Source of the DNA: Lama glama
Taxonomy: Eukaryota
Length of the DNA: 64,000 nucleotides
Reading direction: 5' to 3'
Assembly (NCBI GenBank): GCA_028534125.1
Contig: CM052817.1
Location: forward strand, 51,586,001-51,650,000
Part shown: one piece after another, positions 27,205 through 39,074 of the stretch
How the letters are laid out: each line of letters opens with the position of its first letter
How positions within the stretch are numbered: the stretch's first letter is position 1
Translations under genes and position numbers: made by a program
The notes under the pieces: model-generated
What the model saw: the letters and a program-made list of their open reading frames with translations, nothing else
The model's database searches: none
Told to the model about the DNA's origin: nothing

Positions 27205-28269
27205 AAGTGCATTCAGATTAAATCCAAATCCCTTATCATTGATTATAAGCTTTTTTGTTTTTCCTAATTTACACTTCTTGTCTTTTCCTGGAATGCTTTT
27301 CCTGCAGTATTCAAAGGAGTTGCTCAAGTGCTGGGAATTACAAGATTAGTAGGGATGGAGATAGTGAGTGTGGTAGGAGACCATATTTAAAGGGTTTCTT
27401 AAATATTATGTGGAAACTCATAGGCTATGCTGGCATTCTGTAGTAAAATTAACTGGAGTTTACAGAAAGAAGAGATGATCAAATGCTTGTTAAATGCTTT
27501 TTAACAAGACTACTACATTCTGAACCAAAGCAGTTGCAATGGGGTGGAGCGTGTCAACGTGTGATTTAAAATGAGGAACTGAAGATACATGCATTTAATA
27601 TATTTTAAGAAAATATTTTAAGAAAATAATTTAAGAAACTGTTGTTCTGCATGGAAACAAAACTGGTAACCATAGGGAGAATTGGAATCAAGCAAGATTG
27701 ATAGTTGTGTTGTTTGTTTTGGTTTGTTTCATGTTATTTCCATTGAAAAGTTCTGGAAAATTGTATCAGACTTCTGTCAATGACTAGATGAGGGAGGAAG
27801 AGAAAGAGAGAGAACCTGAGCATGTAAGAGGGATCTTAGACACTTGGAAGATGACTCTCAGAGTTACAGATGGGATTCCTAATTCAAATAGATTTTTTTT
27901 TTATATAAAGAGCAAAGATATGTTTCCATTTTAACAGGAAGAAAGGTACAAGTGCACATAGGCTTGGAGATTTGGTGGTAAGGAAATAAGAAATTTCCTT
28001 TCTAATGACTTGTTTTCTCAGCACATACACAAATGTACCAGGAGAGTCACAAAGGAATAGAGCTTGTAAGGAATTAGAAGAAATAGGAAATGCTACAAAA
28101 TAATCACCTTGATGCTGTGAACTGGAATTAACTAAGGAAATAATACTAAGATTGTCTAGCAGCAGTGCATGTCCCACTTGGATTTAGGGCCGTGGTTTGA
28201 AGGCAGTGGATGATTATGATTTTATGATATTTTTCTTGGACAACATTAACCCTACAGTTTTCCTTCTAT

Positions 28270-29140
28270 ACCTCTATTTGAGTTTCTTTAGCCGCCTCAA
28301 ATTAAATAATACTTTAAACGAAATCGTTATCTTCCCCCAACACATTTCATAACTAGTGTTCTCTATCTGAGAAAATGGCACCAGTATTGCAGTTTAAGCC
28401 AGGCACCTTAGAGTCATTCTGAGGATTTCTCACTCATGCGTCTGATTTATTAAATGTGTCATGGAATCTTGCTGATTGTACTTCACACTTATCTCTTGAA
28501 TTCACCTACTCTTATCTATCACTGCTGGAACCACTCTTGCCCATTTCCAGACCAGTGCAACAGAAACAAAAGGGCCAAATGCCTCCATCCATGTTCCTCT
28601 CCAGTCCATTGCCCATGCTTCTGTGAAATGATCTCTTAAACACCACTTTGATCGTATTATTTCCCTACTTAAAACTTTGTAATGACTTATTTTTACCCAT
28701 AAATTTAAAGTGCCAAATAATAGAAACGTTAGGTGTTTCTGATTTGATATCCTCTTCCCCCACATCATCTCTGTCTCTTTATTCCTACACTCTCCCTGAT
28801 TGGTTTTATTTTGTTTCGTTTTTTAGTTTTCTCCATCTCCTGATTTGCTCTCCTCCTCTTTTGGTTCTCTGAAAAGATTTCACCCTCTAAGACTCTGCAA
28901 TACTCCTCCTCAGATGGGATAATTTTCCTGATCTTGACACCTCAACAGAGACTCAGCTTCCTAAGGGAAGTCTTCTTTGGCATGCCAGGCTAAATTTGGT
29001 GTCTATATTCACTCCCATGCTCTTTCTCTTTCCTGGCATAATCAGATTTATAATTATTTGTGCAGCACCTTTAAGACTCATAAAGGCCGGACCGTGTCTG
29101 GCTTTTTCACCTTTGTAACCCAGTACCAAGCAAAATTTAT
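28270..29140 (+). mobile_element. LINE-2 fragment (degenerate)
   Basis: aaaatggcacca...aagccaggcaccttagagtcattct...ccctacttaaaact...taagactcataaaggccggaccgtgtct. Confidence 0.6.
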
Positions 29141-30936
29141 GGCCCACCACCTGCAGAAAGCAACTGAAGAGAAAGATACATTTATCTACTTTTTACTTAC
29201 ATTTCTATTATTTCCTATTTCCAATGTTCCCATGGAGTTGATCAACAGTGTTATATATACTATCATATGAAGTCTTTAAACTAAAAGGCACTCGTTAAAA
29301 AGAAATGACTTTTGTTTCATGAAAGATAAATGAGTTCCTAATATGCAGAACGTGTGGATTGACAGTTCATTTCTTTGAAAGCAAATCGTGTTTAAAGTGA
29401 GAATGGTTTTACTGAAAAGGATAAAAGAAGAAAAATTGGATAACTTAGCTAAGAATGGTACTGGCTGCTACAGCAATCCTATTATAAGAAAAAGAATATT
29501 TTAAATCTTCTCCTAATCATTTAACTACAAGAATGTCCCTAATACTATCAAAAAAGCTCTTCTTATCTTTCAAATACCTTCACATTCTCTCTGAATTTAT
29601 AAGAGCATTAAGGCTTTACTATCGCTATAATTAGATCTACTGAAAAAAGTACCTTCTCATTTTTGTCAATTCCTGATTATTCATGGTGATGGCAGGAAGC
29701 CTTAGCATGGGTTACTAAAACCCAAGATCATTTATAGCACATGAAAATTAGCCCCACTGCATTATGTCTATCAAAAAATTCTATGGAAATACAAGTTTAT
29801 CTTTAAGCTTTAGCAAATGTTCATTGATGCTTAAATAAATGCTTTTAAATCTATATAGTGAATTTTTAAAAAAGGAAAAAATATAGGTGGTTGATTTGCT
29901 TTATTTTAGCTAAGCTCTAAAAAGTCATCAAATCATCAGTTCAGTGGTCTTCAATCAGCCCATAGGAGGCAATTGGAATATTGAAGGTTGACTTTATTAT
30001 CAATCAAGAAGAAAGTAAAATACAAGAGTCCAGAGAATCTACAGAAGAAAAAGATTTACTTTGTTAGCGTTTACTTACCTTACCATCAACTTAACAAAGA
30101 TATCAAAGAACCTTTTCTTCAAGTGAGTCTTAACAGTTCAGTTACATTCTTCATGCCATGCCACTCAAGCATGAGCTGCAGAACACCATGTGAACACTTT
30201 CTGTGGTCAAACACCGTGATAAGCATTGTCAGTGCAGAATTGAATAAGGCACACTTTTTACCCTTTGTAGAGCACTATTGTTTTTATAGTGCAAACCTGT
30301 CTGATACTAGAATAGACAGATGTTGAATCAGTGAGAACCTCAAAAGGAAAGTTCTAAAATGGAGCAAAATATAAATAAATGCCTAAACTCTGACGACTCC
30401 TGAAATCAATATAATGTGATTGATATACCAGCTCAATCATGAATTCTCTTCATTGTAACAGAATTTGTGAAGCTACTGGCACCTATTAATTAGTTTATTA
30501 ATTAAACCACAGAATTTTAGCCCCAACTGTGTACCCCTGCCATTCTCTGAGCATAGTGGAAAATTTTGCATTTCTTCAACATAAGCTGTATTAATAATAG
30601 CGAAAATGAAAATTATACTCAAAGCATTACTTCAGTGTTAAATATATATTCAGTATTTATTTAGAATATAATTTGATAGAAGCTCCTATGGCATAAAAAT
30701 CATTAAAAATATATATATTCCCAACATGTTTCATTTAAATACTTAAAATAAATATTTGATTATCTGAATGAATAGCTTGTTATTTATGATTCAGAAGCCT
30801 ATGAAAAAATTTTGAACTTATGAAAAGATGGTGTTATATGTAATCTATGTATGCTAGTCAAAATAATGACATTATTCACAAAGCAAACACTGCATCTGTT
30901 CTGGGGAAAAGCTTAGTCTCTTATTTCTTTTGACAG

Positions 30937-31092
30937 TGTGCAGACCTGGGTTCTTCAAAGCCTCACCTCACAACCAGAGCTGCAGCAAATGTCCACCTCA
31001 CAGTTACACCCATGAGGAAGCTTCAACCTCTTGTGTCTGTGAAAAGGATTATTTCAGGAGGGAGTCTGATCCACCCACAATGGCATGCACAA
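30937..31092 (+). CDS. EPHA5: EPHA5 exon 4, cysteine-rich/EGF-like region (156 nt, phase 1-1)
   Basis: Encodes (V)CRPGFFKASPHNQSCSKCPPHSYTHEEASTSCVCEKDYFRRESDPPTMACT(R), recognisable as EphA5. Acceptor tcttatttcttttgacag| and donor ACAA|gtaagg. Confidence 0.96.
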
Positions 31093-34011
31093 GTAAGGAA
31101 ACCCACGGATATTTGGTGATGCTGACTTTCACCAGTTTGAAGAAAGAGCATGATGGAGCCTGTTAACATTCCATTCCCATTTCCCCGCAACAGGCATAAT
31201 GGTTAATCTACCAATAGAGTATGTCACCAGATTTCAGTCTTCTTGAATGAGCATTGAGAAATTTGAGTCTCTTTTATCACTTACGGTTAGAAGCATCCCT
31301 TTCCCCTAATTTCAAATTCAACATCTGAGCCACAAATACAGCATTTTTCCTTTTGTTTTATGATTTGTTTTAGTGTTCATGATAGCTACACATGACTTTG
31401 ATAAATTCATTTCCTTGTTCCTGGTAAACCTATTTTATTTTTCTTCCTCTTCTTCTTCTTCTTCCAAGCCAGCTTTCTAATCACAAAAATATGCAGTAAA
31501 TAGCACTTCCACCTCCTTGTTCTAACCTGCCCCACTAAGCTTCAGAGGCCAATGAGAAGGTCATTTTTAAAAGAAGACAGGAAACACTACAAGAACATGG
31601 AGAACTGGGGGTTAGCAAATCAGACGAGTCAAATACAAAACCAGGTGTCAGCTAGAATTTTCAAGTATTTGTTGTGTTTATGAATAGTGAGTGCTTTTAA
31701 CTATTATTAATTATAAGATCAGGTAATCTTAAAATTAGAAGAGATGAATATTAAACATTTAATTCCAACATTTGTAGTGGATGCATCCATATCTATCAAT
31801 GTTTTGGTGCTTTGTTTTTCTTATGTTCCAGATTATTTTGGGGAAGTAAACAAATCTATATGTTAGTTTTCTTAATGACAATATTTCTTTATTTTCTCCA
31901 CAATCATAGTCTCCATAACAGATCAAACAAAAACAGAAAATGAAAGGGAAGAACAGTGAATCCCCTTTCCCCATAACATTAAATTTCCATGATATCCCAT
32001 GTTCTACTATTTTAGATCCCAGTAAGTTGTAGTTGCTTTCAAAGATGAACAAAAATTTTTGAAATTTAATATTCACTAGTATTATGTATAAAGACATACA
32101 ACTTCTTTAATCAATTAATCACAAACTGAAATTTCATCTGAATTTCAGTGTCTGAATTTCATAGTTTCAGTGAAACATATTTTCATTATTTCTCAAATCA
32201 TTGATACTGAGTTTACATTTCTAACGATCATTCTTTTATCACGTTCTGATAATTTTATGGGTTAGATGATCACTAATTACAAACAATTCATCTTCAAATG
32301 AATAAGCAGCATTATTATATACATTTTTTGAAAGAATACATTTGAATGGAGGTATAAACTCTGATTGAATGTAATGCATCTTGGTTGCAGTGGAGATTGC
32401 TTCAATTATTCAGAGCCAAAGAAAGCCCAGATAGTGGGGGTGAAAAGTTAGCTAGACCATAGAGTGGTAATTTAGGAAGAGAAAACCATGTTTTGAATTA
32501 CTGGCATTTCGTTAAGTTTTTAAGTATTTTATTTTAAGTGGTCCAGCCATGATCTTTCTCTTTCTCAGCATAAATGTGAGCCTCCCTCTCTGTAAATTTA
32601 CAAGGTTTGGGAATGGGGGAGAGCCCGTGGTCTGGTGGCAGGGACTGCTTAGCTCTCTGTTAGGACCTGAGGCTTCATGTTTTCCTCTGTCTCCAGGTGT
32701 GTGAATTTCCAATACTGTGTCTCAAAAGAACACTAATTTGTATGCATTTCTCAAAAACAACTATTGGGACTCCTGTAGGAGGTCTTTCTAATATATAATC
32801 TGTGAGTGTGTGTGTTCTGTTTCTAGTTGCATTCATTGTACCACAAGTACTGCATATGATGAGCCCCTTGAACAGAGGAGATGGCTTGATTGATGTCTCT
32901 TTGGCTCTCTGGAATTAAATTTATGATTTCAACTCCTTCTAATATTTTTTCTAGTACTCTGGAAAACAAAATGTTGTAAACTTCTAGGGAAAGAAAATCA
33001 AACAAAATTAAGATTCTAATAAATCTGCTTACATTAAGGGTACTCCTCACAGCCCAGCTTTGGTTCATACATCGCATCTATTAATAGGACAGTGGAATTT
33101 CATTACATTATTTTTAGGTATATGTCAGTCTGAGCCTCTACTGGTTATGTCTTGGAGCTTCCCTTGAATGTGAGTTTCACTTTGAGTTTGAGAGGCATAT
33201 GTGTCCCCACCCACATGCTGAGGGGTTGTTAGTAGCAGAGTCTGAAGAAAAGGAAGGGGCAGACTCTGATGCAGGATTACAGATTTAGATAGAGGAAAGG
33301 TGTTAACTGTGGTTATATTTCCATTGGCAGGGAAAAAAGCCAAGAAGTTTGATATCTTTTTGAAATAGACATATTTCAAGTAGATTTTACCTTTTTACAG
33401 AAATAGACCTATAACATTTTAATCTCAAATTGCATTTTTTCTGTAACGTTCCACTGTTAAATAAGCTAAATGTAATAATAAAAAATGATACTTGTATTTC
33501 CATCTTAAATATTTGTTTCACTTAAAAGTGACTGTTTTATATTGAAGTGTGTGAGGTTGTATGGGAAATTTACAGGACTCAACCACAAATATAGCCAAGG
33601 TGGGGACTGTTTTGTCAAAAATGGCAACTCTTAGGTTAATGGAGTTCTTTAAGTGAAATTTTACAAATACGAGGTAGCTTTCTTTTTACATTTACAGTTA
33701 GTCCTCAGCAGTCATGGCTTAATAAATGTTAGGTAGAAATTTATACTAATTTCTGTATCTAGAGCAGACAGCGTATATTAAGATAACTAAGATATGTCAT
33801 CCTAAGTAGCTTAATTTATGCTTATGAACCATTCAGCTACCATCACAGTCGATTTTATTCCCTGTTGGGAAATCTTTACTAAGTTTGAAACAAATTTAGG
33901 TGTATTTTCTCTTTGAGTACATCAGATCATATAATATTAACAGCTGACTGAGGTTATAACTCTAAATATCTGAAAATCTACTACAGAGCCAGACATTATG
34001 CAATTATTTTA

Positions 34012-34158
34012 GACTTTATTTTTTTAGAGCTGTTTTAAGCTCATAAAAAAACTGAGAGGAAAGTAGAGAGATTTCCCATACGTCCCCTGCCGGCACACAT
34101 GTATAGCCTCCCCATTATCCACATCCCCCACCAGAGTTACACATTTGCTACAATTGAT
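34012..34158 (-). mobile_element. L1MC1-like 3' end fragment in intron 4
   Basis: ttttttagagctgttttaag...gatttcccata...tagcctcccccattatccacatcccccaccagag...catttgctacaattgat. Confidence 0.75.
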
Positions 34159-35055
34159 TTGTAACTGATGTTAGTTCTCTTTAGTCTGCTAAGTATTGGT
34201 TTCAGAAATAAAGCAATGTGCACATGGATATTATTTCTTATTTACATATAAATTTATCCTGCTGATCTTTTCAAGGTCTGAGCATGTTCATTCTTCCTTT
34301 CATTGTATTTTTGAGAGTTATTTTTAAAATCAGTTTTACATTTCCAGTTAAGTAAAATTCACAATTTTGCAGAACCGTAATATTAAAACGATATCAATGT
34401 AAGCAAAATTTTATTGCAGATTGTAGTGTTGATCAACTACTTAAATTCTAGTTCTATCTTGGTATATGAGGAAGGTTCTAAATTTTGTTAATGATTGATC
34501 AGTAGATATGCAATGTATTTTGAATAAACTAAGGCTATTTTTTTTAACTTCCTGCAGAATTTGTAGTCAAGAGCCACAGTGAAAATTCCTATTTCTACCT
34601 GTGCTCCTTGCTTAGTAAATACTTCAGATTTACTTCCTAGGTTTCAGGGACAAGTATCTGTGAGGGAAGTAATCAGTTCAGTCCCCAAGGAAAATTTTTC
34701 CTTGGACTTGCTGAAGAACTTGCCGCTATTTGAATACATAATTTTATCTCACATTACTTTTTGTTTTTACTCCATATTTCTTTACATATACACTAAACAA
34801 AACATCTTCTTTAATTTAACTCATAAGATTGCCAAGATAAGTCATTTCTATAGGATATAAACCCCACTATTGTCCCTACAAAACTATAACAAGATTTTTC
34901 AAAGATTATTACGAATTGATGACTCTTGCATTCTCCCTGCTTAAAAGATTGATTGCAAATCTGTTTTTTCCCTCAGACCAGAGATTTGTGTAGTAAACAA
35001 ATGCCTAATTTTATCATCTCAAAATTTGTTTTTTTCACTTTACTTTGCAAACCAG

Positions 35056-35391
35056 GACCCCCCTCAGCTCCTCGGAATGCCATCTCAAATGTTAATGAAA
35101 CTAGTGTCTTTCTGGAATGGATTCCTCCTGCTGACACTGGTGGAAGGAAAGATGTGTCATATTATATTGCATGCAAGAAGTGCAACTCCCATGCAGGTGT
35201 GTGTGACGAGTGTGGCGGTCATGTCAGGTACCTCCCCCAGCAAACCGGCCTGAAAAACACCTCTGTCATGATGGTGGATCTGCTCGCTCACACAAACTAT
35301 ACCTTTGAGATTGAGGCAGTGAATGGAGTGTCCGACTTGAGCCCTGGAGCCCGGCAGTATGTGTCTGTAAATGTAACCACAAATCAAGCAG
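35056..35391 (+). CDS. EPHA5: EPHA5 exon 5, first fibronectin type III domain (336 nt, phase 1-1)
   Basis: Encodes (R)[42 protein letters not shown]...[32 protein letters not shown]. Acceptor actttgcaaaccag| and donor GCAG|gtaagt. Splicing to exon 4 restores the A|GA Arg codon in frame. Confidence 0.96.
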
Positions 35392-38300
35392 GTAAGTGTG
35401 ATGTCCAACCAAATCATGTACCTTAGGCTGTATCTCCACAGCTGAGGGCCAAGTTGCCTGAGACCTGTTAGAGAACTCCTGTTATCCAGAGGGTTAGGAT
35501 TTAAATTCGAAACATCTTGAAATGCTTTTTTTTTTTTCAGTTTTAAACAAATAAAAGCTAAAGCTTTCTTAGCAGAGACAGCCATGGACAGAAAAAAAGA
35601 GAGAGATTTTAATTGAATTTTTTCATTAGAAAATACATCTTTGGCTCAAATCCATTGGCTAGCAATTATTTTTTATCCCAAAATTTCACACAAGGCAATT
35701 ATTGTAGCTCAAATCTACATTTTTGGTGCTTTGTTTACTTTAAGTTTTTTTGTTTTATTCATTAATTTGGCTGTAATCAAGCAGGTTTTATTTGCTTGTT
35801 TGTTTGGCACCACAGCTGAATTTCTTTTGCAGACTACAATAGGGTTTTCTTATTATTTCTGTCACTCTTGTTATAAAAATGCATGAAGTAATTTTTCTTT
35901 GATAAATCTGTTTAGCAAAATTAAAATAACTATGAACTATTGTGCAACTACCATAGATGTGAAAGTACATCTCTACTCCATAGGCAGATCTTGGAAATAC
36001 TCGGGAGTAATTATTAGGGAGCAAAGAAAACATTTCTGCTTGAACTGCTAATTCCCCTAAAGGTTCCCCTCAAATACTCCATTTTAAGTAAATCAATATA
36101 GAGGGCTTCTCTTCTGCTAAAATAAAAACCAAAGGTAAACTAGGGCTGAATTAAATGTAATTTACCCTCTATTCCTTGTCCACAGCTCTCAGTGCAGGGG
36201 CATAAGCTTGTTACCTTAACAGTGCCTCAGATGGACTTTGGTCAGTGAGGACATCCTTGCCAGTAGAGCTCACAGTGGAATAGGATGTGTTTGACCAAAT
36301 CAAATTAGACTTAATTCATATAATGTTAGTCTAAGTTTGTAGGTGGTAGATGATCTGGTTGACAAGAGTATGCTGTTGTAATCAAGTCTTCACTGAAATA
36401 ATGTGAATTATTGGGTGTGTCAGGTAAATGAAGTGATTATCTTTTGAAAAGAAGAAAAACACATGCCATTGAGTTCATAGTTATTTTTGATTGCTATACC
36501 TGAGGGAAACATTCAGAAATAGCCCAGATGATATAAAGATATTTGAGTAATTCACTGAGTCATTCTACGCACTCTAGATGTTCTCATCCATGTTGAGTAT
36601 GTGTTCACAGCACTGTTTTTATTCTATGAGAAAAACACTGTACACACATCTATCACTTTCCTCAGTGAGTCCTGTATATTTTTCTCTGTTTACTCCCTAA
36701 CCTAAGGTCAAACTAATAAAAGTGCTTAAGAACTAGACAAAAATAGTGAAAAATAAGTTTTCCTTCAGTTATAGACTCAGCTGCTGGCAATACTAGTGTA
36801 TATCATTTTTCCATCACAGTTTCTAGATGCCACAAGCATTCTGTGAACGTGAACTATCTTCCCACATCAGAAAAGTATCAGCATTAAACATACAATTTCA
36901 GGTTTCATATGCAACATTTTTCAAGCTTACTTGCTTCTGCATGTGAATCTTCCATCAACATACTGAAAGCATATTGAGCAGGCATTAAGAGTTGTATTCC
37001 TTTGGGATAATATTGTTTAGCTTGCATAACCTTAACTTCTTTGAAAGATATTTCTCTCATGAACTAGATGTAGGAAATGACTGTTTATATTTAAAATAAT
37101 GAGATTAATAAGTATTTGCTGTAGTTATCTTTGACTTGCTGACCTGTTAGGATGTAAAGCGTGTTTTTTGAATTATAAATACTTTAAATACCAAGAAAGA
37201 ATAATTTTCATCCAGCTGTTCAAGGCACGTCTATCATGTAAAGCAAACATTTGTATTCAGAGCAGACATTTTGTTGACTTTTAGTTGCAGCTTTTTTCCC
37301 TACTTTCTCAGAATACACATACTGTAAAATTCTTGCAAATCTACCAAAAAATAAAAATTAAAAAATAAAAATATCAGTATCTTACATTCCAGACTAACCA
37401 AATCTCAGTTTCCACAAACTGTTCATTTTAAGTAGCTCCTAAAAAATCTTATATTTAATTCCACTGTGCTGGACATTTATCAAGTACCAACATTGTAGAA
37501 AGTGTAATAGTTGGTTTTAATGTTTGAATATTTTTTCAGCATTAAACTGAAGAAAGTTATCTGTACTGGATTTTATATAAAACTTCTTTCAGTACATTTT
37601 CACTTCCATTTCCATCTCCTCTAAGGAGTGTTTTTTTTGAGAAATGCATTTTTCTTAATTGATTTGTTTCAAATTTATATTTTTTCTGTCATTTTCTGAT
37701 TGATTGATGTTTGTGAAATCAATGTGATGTATGAACTGTCCAGATTCAAAATTATAGCCAGAAAGTACAAGAAGAAAATAGTAATTTTTTCAAGATGAGA
37801 ATCTTGTATTAAGCTAGAAACTGAGATTGATTAGGTAACCCTGGCTGATCTCAGTCTCTAAAAGAAAATGATGATTTCATGCCGAGGATAGTGATTAAAT
37901 GATTTATTTATGGATGTCTATACAGCATTTAAGACGTTTTCCAACCACTGTATCATTATGGAGTCTAGCATTTTGCTTTTGTGAGAAGTTGTCTGAATTC
38001 AAATGATACTTTTTTGCATATAATTTAATAGTCTAGTAAAACGTGAAGTCTTAGGAAAAGCTAAATACTACAATTAGTTGGAATTTATGGTCCTTCTAAA
38101 GTGCAGCAAATTGTACTGAGGTTGACAGGAAAGAACGGGAAAATTGTTGTGGAAATTATCATGATGTGGTCAGCAAACAAACACACATGAAGGGGAGGAT
38201 CAAGAAACGAAATTACCTACAAAAAGGTAAAGGAATGCTGTGTGTGAGAAGAGGAAACCGACAGGAAAATAAAATGTGAATACGTTAATTATGTAAGGAA

Positions 38301-38474
38301 CTCAACAAATAGTCAAATTGCAAATTGGATAAAATGATGGATATATAAACCATCCTTTATCAAACTCAAACTTAGAAAAGGCATAAAATTCATTGAGTTT
38401 CTCCAGTTTTCTAGTGAGTTTGTCTTTCTTATGCAATTCATTCTTTAAAAAAAAAATTGACCTAATTATTTTGC

Positions 38475-38532
38475 AAAGAAGTATTTAGATTATTTACATG
38501 ACAAAAGAATTATTTAGATTATTTACATGACA
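38475..38532. repeat. 29-bp tandem duplication (1 mismatch)
   Basis: aaagaa(g/t)tatttagattatttacatgaca, two copies. Confidence 0.9.
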
Positions 38533-38943
38533 ACACTTCTATTGTTCACTCCTATTGTTCTTCTGTTTTATTATTTTAGGGCATCTAAAATATGTACCTG
38601 CTAGATAGATGGATAGATAGGTAGATGAAGAGTGATATATCGACATAGTGTGAAAATTAAAAATCCCACTGAAAGCAGTTACTTTAAATGTTTCATTATT
38701 TGCTCACAAATGAGTGTGCATTTATCATATTCTTCTATAAAGAGATTTTTGAAGTTTTTATTTTAAAATAATTTTGCACTAGACATACTTTATCCAGAGT
38801 TACATCTTAAAGCTCTTTTAATATGTATAAATGTACAACTTATCTTAAGAAAGATTTAGCTTATTCTAACTGAAGAAACAAAAGTATTAGTACTTCAATA
38901 TGCAAAGATACAGAATCCTAATTCTGAGCTGAAATAGACCAAG

Positions 38944-39064
38944 TTTTTTTTTTCTTTTTAATAGAAGTATAGTTAGTTATTATGTGTCAATTTCTGGTGT
39001 ACAGCATAATATTCCAGTCATGCATATATATACATATATTCATTTTCATATTCTTTTTCATTAA
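38944..39064 (-). mobile_element. Short LINE-1 3' end, same subfamily as the 16737 copy
   Basis: T tract, then gaagtatagttagtta...tgtcaatttctggtgtacagcataat...ttttcatattctttttc, which aligns by eye with 16757-16852. Confidence 0.85.
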
Positions 39065-39074
39065 TTGCTAGATT

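Noticed and set aside
34953..35426. 157-aa ORF as a stand-alone gene
   Set aside because: It is exon 5 plus intronic flanks. Splice sites delimit 35056-35391, and the track start is a TTG.
35526..35540. T tract plus CAG as a cryptic splice acceptor
   Set aside because: No convincing downstream donor or open exon identified, and T tracts are frequent here.
35157..35585. 142-aa antisense ORF overlapping exon 5
   Set aside because: A shadow ORF of a coding exon running into a T tract, with no independent coding evidence.
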